Shown here: one piece after another, positions 27,225 through 36,041 of the stretch
How the letters are laid out: every line of letters begins with the position of its first letter
Numbering within the stretch: the first letter of the stretch is position 1
Assembly: GCA_035295685.1 (NCBI GenBank)
Contig: DATGIO010000222.1
Coordinates: forward strand, 11,606 to 75,605
Reading direction: 5' to 3'
DNA: 64,000 nucleotides
Origin: Candidatus Angelobacter sp.
GTDB taxonomy: Bacteria > Acidobacteriota > Terriglobia > Terriglobales > Acidobacteriaceae
The notes under the pieces: model-generated
What the model saw: the letters and a program-made list of their open reading frames with translations, nothing else
Told to the model about the DNA's origin: nothing
Database searches by the model: none
Position numbers and translations under genes: made by a program

Positions 27225-28586
27225 ATGTTTGAGAATCTTCAGGAAAAATTACAGCGAGCATTCAAAAACCTGCGTGGCCAGGGAACGCTGACGACGGAGA
27301 ACATTCAGGAAGCGCTGAAGGAAATCCGCATGGCGCTTCTGGAGGCCGACGTCAATTTTAAGGTCGTCAAGGACCTTATCGATCACATTGAGCAAAAGGC
27401 GGTGGGCCAGGAGGTATTGACGGCCCTTTCCCCGGCGCAACAGGTGGTCAAGATCGTTAACGACGAATTGGTCGAGGTGCTGGGAAGAGACACAGCCAAG
27501 ATTCGGTTTGCTTCGCAGCCGCCCACGGTTGTGCTGATGGCCGGCCTGCAGGGTTCAGGTAAAACCACGACCTCGGGCAAACTGGCTGCCTGGTTCAAGA
27601 AGGGCGGCCACAGGCCTCTGCTGGTTTCGGTCGACATCTACCGTCCTGCCGCCAGACAGCAGCTCAAAATTGTTGCCGAGACCATCAAGGCCAATCTTTA
27701 CGAAGGCAAAGTCGACGAGATCAATAGCGCTACGGTTGAACGCCTGGCGAAAGAGGCGCGCCGCGAGGCGGTCAACTCGGGCTGCAACGTACTGATCGTG
27801 GATACGGCGGGCCGCTTGCACATTGACGACGAATTGATGGGCGAGATGCAGTCGCTCAAAAAGCTGCTCAATCCGCAGGAGATCCTGTTCGTGGCCGACG
27901 CCATGACCGGACAGGATGCGGTGAACTCCGCCGCCGAGTTCCACAAAAAGCTCTCTATTACCGGCGTCGTGCTTACGAAAATGGACGGCGATGCGCGCGG
28001 CGGCGCGGCGCTTTCGATCCGGCAAGTTACGGGCCAGCCGATCAAGTTCATGGGCGTGGGCGAAAAGTACGACGCACTTGAGCCCTTCCATCCCGACCGC
28101 ATTGTAGGCCGGATTCTAGGAATGGGCGACGTAATGACCCTGATCGAACACGCCCAGGAGAAGATCGATCAGAAGAAGGCCGATGAATTTGCCCAAAAGG
28201 CGCTCGCGGGCGATGGTTTTTCCCTAGAAGATTTCCGCGATCAACTTCGGCAGGTCAAAAAACTAGGCTCGCTGCAGAACATCATCAAAATGCTTCCGAG
28301 CGTGGGACCTTTTGCAGGAATGCAGAAAGCCGCCGATAAGGTGGACGACAGCCAGATCACCCGCATCGAAGCCATCATCAACTCCATGACGAAGCATGAG
28401 CGCGACCACCATGAGGTGATCAACGGAAGCCGGCGCAAGCGCATTGCCCGAGGCTCCGGCACCAGCGTGCAAGAGGTCAACCAACTGCTACGCCAGTATG
28501 CCCAAATGCGAAAGATGTTCAAAGACATGGGTAAGGCGAGTTTCGGCAGAAAGCTGGCTGGTATGCGATTCCCCGGCATGGGATAA
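27225..28586 (+). CDS. ffh: Signal recognition particle protein Ffh
   Basis: MFENLQEKLQRAFKNLRGQGTLTTENIQEALKEIRMALLEADVNFKVV opens the protein. It has the GLQGSGKTTT P-loop, DTAGR, TKMDGDARGGAALS and a Met-rich M domain. Confidence 0.97.
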   Translation: MFENLQEKLQRAFKNLRGQGTLTTENIQEALKEIRMALLEADVNFKVVKDLIDHIEQKAVGQEVLTALSPAQQVVKIVNDELVEVLGRDTAKIRFASQPPTVVLMAGLQGSGKTTTSGKLAAWFKKGGHRPLLVSVDIYRPAARQQLKIVAETIKANLYEGKVDEINSATVERLAKEARREAVNSGCNVLIVDTAGRLHIDDELMGEMQSLKKLLNPQEILFVADAMTGQDAVNSAAEFHKKLSITGVVLTKMDGDARGGAALSIRQVTGQPIKFMGVGEKYDALEPFHPDRIVGRILGMGDVMTLIEHAQEKIDQKKADEFAQKALAGDGFSLEDFRDQLRQVKKLGSLQNIIKMLPSVGPFAGMQKAADKVDDSQITRIEAIINSMTKHERDHHEVINGSRRKRIARGSGTSVQEVNQLLRQYAQMRKMFKDMGKASFGRKLAGMRFPGMG

Positions 28587-28692
28587 GTCGGCGGGTCCGT
28601 CGATACATTCACGCGCGCAGATTTCACGAATCTATCATTTTCATCCGTACTTAAGTTTGAATCGCACCTACTTTCAAGCATAGAACCGCTTC

Positions 28693-29337
28693 TTGTCGCT
28701 TCAGAAACAACTTGATGAACTGACCGCGCGGCTGCACGGGCTGGTCCCGGCCGAGAGGCTGGTGTTGATTGACCGCGTGATCGGCGAGCTCAAGGCATCC
28801 GCCGCAGCTAACGCGCTGAAGGCCGGCGACGACGCTCCACAATTTGAATTGCCGGATGGCGACGGCCTCCTCTGGCGCTCAGAAGAGATGCTGGGGAGAG
28901 GACCTCTCTGTGCCGTTTTCTATCGCGGCCGCTGGTGCGCTTATTGCAACACGCAGCTCACGGCCCTTCAGGAGATTCATTCCCAACTTGCCACAGCGGG
29001 CGTTTCCCTGGTAGCCATTTCTCCTCAGACAACCAAACACACTTATATGACCCGCGACATGCACAAGCTGCGCTTTCCCGTCTTAAGCGACCATGGGAAC
29101 CAGGTAGCGCGCCAATTTGGGCTGGTATTCCGAGTACCCGGAGCATTGCAGGAGCTATACGAACGGATTTTTGCACGGTTGCCGGGATATAACGGCGAGG
29201 AAAGCTGGGAGTTGCCAGTACCAGCGACTTATATGATTCAGCCCGACGGAAAGATCTCACTGGCGCGAACCAACGTCGATTGGCGGGAGCGCCCGGAGCC
29301 TGAAGAGATCTTGCGCGAGATTCTCAAGACGTCGTAG
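28693..29337 (+). CDS. Peroxiredoxin-like (AhpC/TSA, thioredoxin-fold) protein
   Basis: The start is TTG according to the track. The FYRGRWCAYCNTQLTAL redox-Cys motif is present, and the length (214 aa) is typical of peroxiredoxin-like family proteins. Confidence 0.65.
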   Translation: MSLQKQLDELTARLHGLVPAERLVLIDRVIGELKASAAANALKAGDDAPQFELPDGDGLLWRSEEMLGRGPLCAVFYRGRWCAYCNTQLTALQEIHSQLATAGVSLVAISPQTTKHTYMTRDMHKLRFPVLSDHGNQVARQFGLVFRVPGALQELYERIFARLPGYNGEESWELPVPATYMIQPDGKISLARTNVDWRERPEPEEILREILKTS

Positions 29338-29476
29338 CCAATGCCGACAGCCAAGAAGACAGCTACAGTCGCGCTACCGATACCAAAAAAAAATTAAGGG
29401 CGCAGAGACTCAGGAACTCCAACGACGTTCCCGAGATTCCGCGCCCTGTTCTCCATTAGAAAATGGGCCGCTACGC

Positions 29477-30076
29477 TTAATGGCGGCTGGCGGGCGGGAC
29501 GATTCCGTTCATCCGGAGATATTCAACCATCTGCCCGTAGTGGTCGAAAGCATGAGCGATTGGCGAGGTCGCCAGTTGGATGCGGGGCGTCTTTCTCTGT
29601 CCAAGCGGCTCCAGCAGGTTATCGGTTGTGAGCGTAGCTACGGCCTTGTGGCCAAGGACAAAAGAATCCTTCAGGAATTTTACGATTTCAGCTTTGCTCT
29701 TCAGAGCTTCCGGCCCGTTGCCATCCTTGATGCCTTCCGGAAGTTTGTCGCCGGTTATGGCAGACCAGAAGAAGTAATTGGCGGTGGCAATGTGCCGAGC
29801 TTCAACCGCGAACGTGCGAACGCCTTTGTAGTCGCTGCCCTCGATCTTGAGGTTCTCGGGGCTAAAGTTGAACTTTTCTTCCGGCATGGCTTCGGCAGCC
29901 TCGACGACCTCTTTCTCTACGGTGCTGAGCTGGTTTTCGACGATCGATGCGAGGGTTGGAGCCGGCTTGGCCTGGCCAGCGGGCGCGGCTGCTGAGCCTT
30001 GGGCTTGGCCGTATGCCAACGCGCCGACGGCTAGACACAGTACAAGCAGCAGGAAGGTGGTTCTAACGTGTCTCAT
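29477..30076 (-). CDS. DinB-family protein with signal peptide
   Basis: I start at ATG 30076, where MRHVRTTFLLLVLCLAVGALAYGQA is a signal peptide. The C-terminal IAHAFDHYGQMVEYLRMNGIVPPASR is the DinB helix-4 His motif. Confidence 0.7.
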   Translation of the reverse strand: MRHVRTTFLLLVLCLAVGALAYGQAQGSAAAPAGQAKPAPTLASIVENQLSTVEKEVVEAAEAMPEEKFNFSPENLKIEGSDYKGVRTFAVEARHIATANYFFWSAITGDKLPEGIKDGNGPEALKSKAEIVKFLKDSFVLGHKAVATLTTDNLLEPLGQRKTPRIQLATSPIAHAFDHYGQMVEYLRMNGIVPPASRH

Positions 30077-30326
30077 CTGTGAAACTCTCCTCTGTATTGA
30101 ATGAGTACAGGACGGTGTACACGATATAGAAGGCCGCAATAATCCGCAACTCGGATCCATGTGCAGTTTCAAAGTTGTTTACGGGGGCTTTGCGGATGCG
30201 AAGAACGTTTATTTTTCAACGGGTTCGGATGCTTGCGAATCCAGAACAGGACTGCTCTTCTCTCGCGCCACGAATCGTTCGCTGTTGCTTTTTGAACTAA
30301 GCGGGAGTAAAGTCAGGCTGCACAAC

Positions 30327-30728
30327 ATGCAACGTCTCACTTCCATTACGGCGCTGTTCGCGCTGGCTTTCTCGCTGTGGCCTACTTTCATGGCCATGAG
30401 TTGCGGCGAGATGACAGCGGGAGCGTCCTGCCATCGCAGCAAAGCAATGCACCACTGCGAGAATATGGCAATGGAGATGGATGATGCGCAGGCCAACGAT
30501 GAAGAGGCAGGCGCACCGACCTTGTCGTCTGCAAACTTGAGCGACCCATCGAACAAGTGCCCCATGCAGTGCTGCATTTCAGCGCATGGCGGCAAGCATT
30601 TTGTGCTTTCGCACGTAGCATCGGTTTCCAGCCACGCTTTCTCGCACGTCCGCGTTTATGCGACCCGCGTCATCTTTGCCAACCTTGGGCACTCCTCCCA
30701 CACCGATCGCGGCCCGCCATTCGCCTAA
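30327..30728 (+). CDS. Small Cys/His/Met-rich exported protein (hypothetical)
   Basis: The ORF is 30159..30728. ATG 30327 gives MQRLTSITALFALAFSLWPTFMAMSCGEMTAGASCHRSKAMHHCENMAMEMDD...KCPMQCCISAHGGKHF... Codon third positions are G/C-rich like the neighbouring genes. The RBS is weak and a competing antisense ORF exists, so coding status is uncertain. Confidence 0.45.
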   Translation: MQRLTSITALFALAFSLWPTFMAMSCGEMTAGASCHRSKAMHHCENMAMEMDDAQANDEEAGAPTLSSANLSDPSNKCPMQCCISAHGGKHFVLSHVASVSSHAFSHVRVYATRVIFANLGHSSHTDRGPPFA

Positions 30729-30982
30729 GCTGTCCCGCAAATCGTCTCGGAACCTAACACCTCAAGAAGATCTGTCTACCGGCAAGATTCAGTTTTTCAG
30801 TTGTGGCTTTCAAGCGTAGCTTTTCAAGCTTGGCCTTTTTCGGGTGTAGCGGGTTCTGTGTACTTTTGCATTTTTTCCGCGTAACGCCGCCAATCCGGCG
30901 CGCGTGCAAAGAACGAACGCGGAAAACAGCGAGGCTCGGCGGCTTGACCGCAGGTGGCCTGTTCCCTCAAGAGGAGATCTTC

Positions 30983-33193
30983 ATGTTCCGCCAGTTAATC
31001 GTGGTTTCTGCGATTTTAGCGGCATTCTTCCCCTGTTCTTTGCGTGCATCGGTTTTTGGCACGGTGAAGGTGATTGTTCACGATCCTCAGCATCGCCCTG
31101 TGCAGAAGGCGCAGGTTACGGTGCAGAGCCGCACGTCGTCGTTTAAGCAAACCGGCGCCACCAACGAAGAAGGGATTGCCACCGTCCTGAATGTCCCCGT
31201 TGGCGAATACGATGTAACGATTCAAGCGCAGGGATTTAACGGGTCACGGCAGGCCGTGACGGTGACATCGGACGATGTGCAGGAACTTCATTCCGCGCTT
31301 TCCATTGCGTCCATCCATGAGACGGTTGAGGTTTCCGGCGCTCCGGTGCAGGTCGATCCTTCGTCATCCGCGCCTCGCACGCTCATCAGCCGCAATGACA
31401 TCGCGCTAACTCCGGGAGCCGACCGCACGAATAGCCTCTCCATGATTACGGATTATGTGCCGGGCGCTTACGTGGTACACGACCAATTGCACGTGCGGGG
31501 CGGGCACCAAGTTACCTGGGCGTTGGACGGGATTTCAGTTCCCAACACCAATATCGCCAGCAACGTGGGGCCGCAGTTCGACCCCAAAGATGTGGACTAC
31601 ATCGAGGCAGAAACAGGAAGCTACTCGGCGGAATTGGGCGATCGCACCTATGGAGTTTTTAACGTGGTTCCCAGGTCGGGGTTTGAGCGAAGCCGCCAGG
31701 CGGAGCTGGTGGCCAGTTACGGAACCTACAACACTACCGACAATCAACTTAACTTCGGCGACCACAGCGATAACAGCGCCTATTACTTCAGCTTGACTGG
31801 AAATCGCAGCGATTATGGGCTTGCGCCGCCTACGAGCCTGGTGCTTCACGACCAAGTCGGTGGTGGTGGAGCTTTCACGTCGTTGATTTTCAACGTGACA
31901 CCCAACGATCAGCTTCGCGTTGTCGGTTCGGCCCGCGAGGACTTTTATCAGGTTCCCAACGACTCGGTCGCGCAGGCAGGCGGTGTAAAAGATCATGAAC
32001 GGGAACAGGACATATTCAGCACTTTTTCCTGGGTGCATACCAGCGGGCCGGGCGTGGTCTTTACGATATCGCCATTTCTGCACTTTAACCGCGCGGCGTT
32101 TGAAAGCGGGCCTCTCGATGTTCCGATCACTACCGACAATCGGGGATCGCTGTACTCCGGAGGGCAGGCAAGCATCGGTTTCGTAGAAGGCAGGCACAAT
32201 GCCAAGATCGGCGCCTACGGCTTTGCCCAACACGACAACACCCTTTTTGCGATTGTGGCGAACGATGGCAGCGGCCAGGCGCTGCGGCAACGGGAACTAA
32301 CGAATGGTTCGGTTGCAGCGATTTTTGCGGAAGAGTCGTTTAAAGCAACTTCATGGCTCACCCTGAATGGCGGCGTTCGATTCACCCATTTTTCCGGCTC
32401 TCTTTCGGAGAGCGCAACCAGCCCGCGGGTGGGAGCGGCCATTCGCATTCCACGCCTCAATTGGGTGCTGCGCGGAGCTTATAGCCGCTTCTATCAAGCG
32501 CCGCCGCTGGACACGGTGTCCGGCGCGCTGCTGGACTTTACGAACCAAGGCGGGCAGGGATTTCTTCCCCTGAAGGGTGAAAACGACGAGCAGCACGAAG
32601 TGGGGCTCTCGATCCCCCTGCGTGGCTGGGTTTTCGATTTTTCCAACTTCCGCACGGGCGCGCACAATTTCTTCGATCACGATGTGATCGGGAATTCCAG
32701 CGTCTTCTTTCCCCTGACGATTCAGGCGGTGCGCATTCGCGGAACGGAAGCTACTGTCCGCTCGCCGGAGCTCTTTCATCGGGGAACGGTCCATCTTGCG
32801 TACTCGCATCAGTCGGCCGAGGGAGATGGCACTGTTACCGGCGGCCTGACCACATTCAGCCCACCCAGCCCGACTTTCTTTCTCGACCACGATCAGCGGA
32901 ACACGCTTAGCACTGGCTTCCAATCCAAATTGCTGTGGAGGAGTTGGTTGAGCGCGAACCTCTCCTACGGTTCAGGCTTTCTGAACGGCAACGGCCCCGA
33001 CCATCTTCCAAGCTTTCGTCTTTTCGACCTCTCGCTAGGGAAGTCTTTTGGAGAAAACTGGTCGGCAAGAGTCACGGCCACGAACTTCACCAACAAACGT
33101 TACTTTGTGGATCTCAGCAACACCTTTGGCGGTTCGCATTTCGGCGATCCGAGGCAGATTTCGCTACAGGTGCGCTATCGATTCCATTATTGA
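30983..33193 (+). CDS. TonB-dependent receptor with N-terminal carboxypeptidase-regulatory-like domain
   Basis: I start at ATG 30983, where MFRQLIVVSAILAAFFPCSLRA is a signal peptide. FGTVKVIVHDPQHRPVQKAQVTVQS...NEEGIATVLNVPVGEYDVTIQAQGF is a CarboxypepD_reg sandwich, followed by plug and barrel regions ending QVRYRFHY. Confidence 0.8.
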   Translation: MFRQLIVVSAILAAFFPCSLRASVFGTVKVIVHDPQHRPVQKAQVTVQSRTSSFKQTGATNEEGIATVLNVPVGEYDVTIQAQGFNGSRQAVTVTSDDVQELHSALSIASIHETVEVSGAPVQVDPSSSAPRTLISRNDIALTPGADRTNSLSMITDYVPGAYVVHDQLHVRGGHQVTWALDGISVPNTNIASNVGPQFDPKDVDYIEAETGSYSAELGDRTYGVFNVVPRSGFERSRQAELVASYGTYNTTDNQLNFGDHSDNSAYYFSLTGNRSDYGLAPPTSLVLHDQVGGGGAFTSLIFNVTPNDQLRVVGSAREDFYQVPNDSVAQAGGVKDHEREQDIFSTFSWVHTSGPGVVFTISPFLHFNRAAFESGPLDVPITTDNRGSLYSGGQASIGFVEGRHNAKIGAYGFAQHDNTLFAIVANDGSGQALRQRELTNGSVAAIFAEESFKATSWLTLNGGVRFTHFSGSLSESATSPRVGAAIRIPRLNWVLRGAYSRFYQAPPLDTVSGALLDFTNQGGQGFLPLKGENDEQHEVGLSIPLRGWVFDFSNFRTGAHNFFDHDVIGNSSVFFPLTIQAVRIRGTEATVRSPELFHRGTVHLAYSHQSAEGDGTVTGGLTTFSPPSPTFFLDHDQRNTLSTGFQSKLLWRSWLSANLSYGSGFLNGNGPDHLPSFRLFDLSLGKSFGENWSARVTATNFTNKRYFVDLSNTFGGSHFGDPRQISLQVRYRFHY

Positions 33194-33803
33194 TCCGATG
33201 ATCTTTGGAGTTTGGGATCGATTGAGCTTGATCATTGCCTTCTTGAATAACTTCGGGAAAAGGAATGATCGTTAGCGTTTGCAGCGTTGCTCTATCCAGT
33301 TGAATCTGTTTTCGTACGGCTTTTTCTTGAGCAGAGATCCCATGAGCCGAAACCATGGGGTCGAAAGGCCGTGCAATGACCATGATTTCTGGATGCACGC
33401 ACGCTGAAAACGCTTCTGGCGCTCACCATGGGGCAACCCTCGTCACCGCCAGAATAACTCCCGGTTGGGGGTGGGCAAGCTGGGATTGAATTTCAGGAAA
33501 CGTTTGGAAAGAATCGAGTAAATCCGATCTAGATAGAAATGGTCATTGGTGGTTGGTTATTGGTTATGCATTGCCGCTTTCGCCTTTATGGGCGATGACG
33601 CTTTTCTCACGCAATGCGTCTAAATGACAAAGGGCAAAAGAGGCTACCCAGCTTTACAAGTTCTGCGAGGTTCCGCTCCTTCGGAAGAGGAATATTGCTT
33701 GAGGGAAGGTACCCGTAGCTGGCATCCATCGGGGCGTCGACTCCCTCTCACCAGCCAGATTCGGTCTCGCGGGGATGGATCGCGAGACCGGCCATTCGGT
33801 GTA

Positions 33804-33941
33804 CCTGCTGGCATGATCGAAAACCCACCCTTTGCTCCAATCGCAAAGACCCAGAGCGCACTCCACCCAAAGGATGGGGTGCCCTGATTTTCCCGTGAGA
33901 ACTAGATTTTTCGGGTTGCAGGTTGTGACGGCCGCGGTCAC
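33804..33941 (+). repeat. Family C element, extended form
   Basis: The sequence is CCTGCTGGCATGATCGAAAACCCACCCTTTGCTCCAATCGCAAAGACCCAGAGCGCACTCCACCCAAAGGATGGGGTGCCCTGATTTTCCCGTGAGAACTAGATTTTTCGGGTTGCAGGTTGTGACGGCCGCGGTCAC. Confidence 0.9.
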
Positions 33942-33981
33942 CGATCTGGAAATTCCTCAATGAGAGTTTGCGATTGGGGAG

Positions 33982-34389
33982 CTACTTCCGAAAAGGAAGA
34001 AAATTGCCGAGGCGGGGATCCCGCGCCACAAGTCCGCCCCATAGCAGAATACCCATATAGACAGGGAAGAGAGCGTGGCTGAACAAGGGATCGCCAACCC
34101 GCACGTGCGTGGCGACCGCGCCCCCGAGATAGCCGGTAAGCAGAATGGCGCCGAGCACGGAGGTCGACGGAATTGCATAAACAATCACGCTCACCAGCAG
34201 GATTGCTCCCAACGTGGCGGTGAGGCTTTCCGGATATCCAAGCTTGGCCATTGCCTCGGTCACCTGGACCGGCTTCACGAATTTCATGATTGCGTCCATG
34301 AGCAAAAACAAAATGACAAGACCGCTCATGATGCGGCCCGCCCACAGCCTACCTGGGGAAATGGGAGCGGCGTGTACGTCTGATTGCAT
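33982..34389 (-). CDS. DoxX-like family membrane protein
   Basis: The track start at 34404 is TTG, but that codon lies within a GGAGG that serves ATG 34389, so I use 34389. The protein has four TM helices. LGAILLTGYLGGAVATHVRVGDP is the DoxX-like signature. Confidence 0.7.
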   Translation of the reverse strand: MQSDVHAAPISPGRLWAGRIMSGLVILFLLMDAIMKFVKPVQVTEAMAKLGYPESLTATLGAILLVSVIVYAIPSTSVLGAILLTGYLGGAVATHVRVGDPLFSHALFPVYMGILLWGGLVARDPRLGNFLPFRK

Positions 34390-34528
34390 TTTGACTACCT
34401 CCAAAGCAATGTTTTGCGATCACCGATTCAATCGGTTGGTATCGCTCATTATCGAGCGCAGAAAGGCATCACGCCTTCCTGCGCCGTGCACGAACCTAAC
34501 TTTTCTTACGAAATTGTGGCTGAGGCGA

Positions 34529-35026
34529 TTATGCCTTGACCGGCACCCATACTTCCATACCGTACATTCCGGTCTGAGGGTTGAAGTCCTCCCCATAGCG
34601 CTCGAAGAAATTTGGCTCGCCGGGCCCCAATTGGGCGGGTTCATAACCCGATTTCACGCACCATTCATGGGCGATAGCATCGAGGGTCTTGCGAAGGGTG
34701 GATACATGTCCGTGGTGCGTAAAGACCGCATATTTTCGCGTAGGAATTCGGGCATCACTGAAATCGGCGGGCAGGTTGGAAAGTCCAGAAACCTCAACGC
34801 CCGCGAGATAATCCATGCCCTTTGAAGTCTCGAAGCAGAGGCCGTAACAGACGTTGCCGACTTGCCCGGGAATCTTGCCAAAATAGGAAATGAGCCTTTG
34901 CCACTGTTCGGTTGTTCCGCCAGCAGAGAAGGGCTGCCGCAACCCAGCGATCAGTAACGGCTTGCCATTTTCGAAGCGCGGCTGCAGCGAAAGCTTCTCG
35001 TTGATTTCGATGGAATGACTTGCCAT
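34529..35026 (-). CDS. GyrI-like / AraC-effector-binding-domain small-molecule binding protein
   Basis: The product is 165 aa. Segments LLIAGLRQPFS...YGLCFE...DYLAGVEV...IPTRKYAVFTHHGHVSTLRKTLDAIAHEW...FFERYGEDFNPQTGMYGMEVWVPV match the family. The gene starts 4 nt after the TetR stop. Confidence 0.7.
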   Translation of the reverse strand: MASHSIEINEKLSLQPRFENGKPLLIAGLRQPFSAGGTTEQWQRLISYFGKIPGQVGNVCYGLCFETSKGMDYLAGVEVSGLSNLPADFSDARIPTRKYAVFTHHGHVSTLRKTLDAIAHEWCVKSGYEPAQLGPGEPNFFERYGEDFNPQTGMYGMEVWVPVKA

Positions 35027-35029
35027 GTT

Positions 35030-35674
35030 TTATGCTCCTTGTTTGTACTGACTTGCTTCTTGCGGCCGCAGGCTGTCGAGGTACTCGCAAAGCGCCTCGC
35101 AAGCCTGGGTCATCAATTCCCTGCACTGGGAACTCTTGGCCGTGCCCCAGATTCCCATCTGAGACGCGACAATCAAAGTGGCGGCGTTGGGGGCCGAGAC
35201 CGTCTTTTTCACATGTCCCGCTTTCATGCCGGCGGTGAGTGCCGCGGCATACTGCTGCCGCCAGGCACCATAAAGCTTGTCAATACGCGCGCGAAAGCCT
35301 TCGTCCAGCGGCGACATCTCCTGCGCCAGGTTGTTGAGCGGGCACCCCTGCAGCCAAAACCCGTTTTCAAGGTCTTCTTTCACAAAATCCCGAAAGGCTT
35401 TCTTCATCGCCGCGATCGGATCGGCAGCGCCAGCCACAGGATTGAGCCAGCGATGCATCAACAAAGGCCCGATGACTTCGTCCACCACGGCGTAGCCTAA
35501 CTCGCTTTTGCCGGCGAAATGGTGGAAGAGCGCCCCTTTGGTGGTGCCCGACATCTCTACGATGTGATTCAGGCTGCCACCTTGAAAGCCGTTTCTGTAG
35601 AACTCGGCAAAGGCCATCTCCAGAATCTTGCGTCGGGTGGCTTCAGGGGCTTTGGCTGTTTTAGCTGGGGTCAT
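35030..35674 (-). CDS. TetR/AcrR family transcriptional regulator
   Basis: The HTH region is RRKILEMAFAEFYRNGFQGGSLNHIVEMSGTTKGALFHHFAGKSELGYAVVDE. Confidence 0.9.
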   Translation of the reverse strand: MTPAKTAKAPEATRRKILEMAFAEFYRNGFQGGSLNHIVEMSGTTKGALFHHFAGKSELGYAVVDEVIGPLLMHRWLNPVAGAADPIAAMKKAFRDFVKEDLENGFWLQGCPLNNLAQEMSPLDEGFRARIDKLYGAWRQQYAAALTAGMKAGHVKKTVSAPNAATLIVASQMGIWGTAKSSQCRELMTQACEALCEYLDSLRPQEASQYKQGA

Positions 35675-35694
35675 GCTCGCCTTCCATGGTCAAT

Positions 35695-35712
35695 ATACCG
35701 ACCAGTCGGTAT
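35695..35712 (-). promoter_or_regulatory. Candidate TetR operator
   Basis: A perfect 8-bp inverted repeat, ATACCGAC-ca-GTCGGTAT, lies 21 nt upstream of the TetR start codon at 35674. Confidence 0.45.
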
Positions 35713-35740
35713 TTATGTCAAGGGGCAAATTTGGCGGTCG

Positions 35741-35932
35741 GGCTGTCAGCTATCGGCCGAAAATCCGTGCCTGCGGCGCTACCACAGAGGACACAGAGGA
35801 AAACCAAGAGGTCACAGAGAAAGGCATTCAGCGGATATGCAGTCGCAGTCAAAGATAAAATCCGTGCCTGCGGCGCTACCACAGAGGACACAGAGAAAAA
35901 AAACAGAGAGCACAGAGGAAAGCATTCAGCAG
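35741..35932 (+). repeat. Family A, two tandem units
   Basis: AAATCCGTGCCTGCGGCGCTACCACAGAGGACACAGAG occurs twice, at 35761 and 35858. Each copy is followed by further AGAGG motifs and ends in GCATTCAGC. Confidence 0.9.
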
Positions 35933-36041
35933 GGCGGGCAAAAGGCGGTTGTAGGCGGGAGGTTAACAACGTGGGGTGTGTGGGTAGTAGCACAAGGGGG
36001 CGTCTAGTTCCGAGAAGATATGAAGTCAAAGATATGGTGAC

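Noticed and set aside
33114-33398. 94-aa minus-strand ORF as a real gene
   Set aside because: It overlaps the TonB receptor 3' end by 80 nt and has no RBS. It reads as one frame of a multi-frameshifted PIN-like remnant (see findings).
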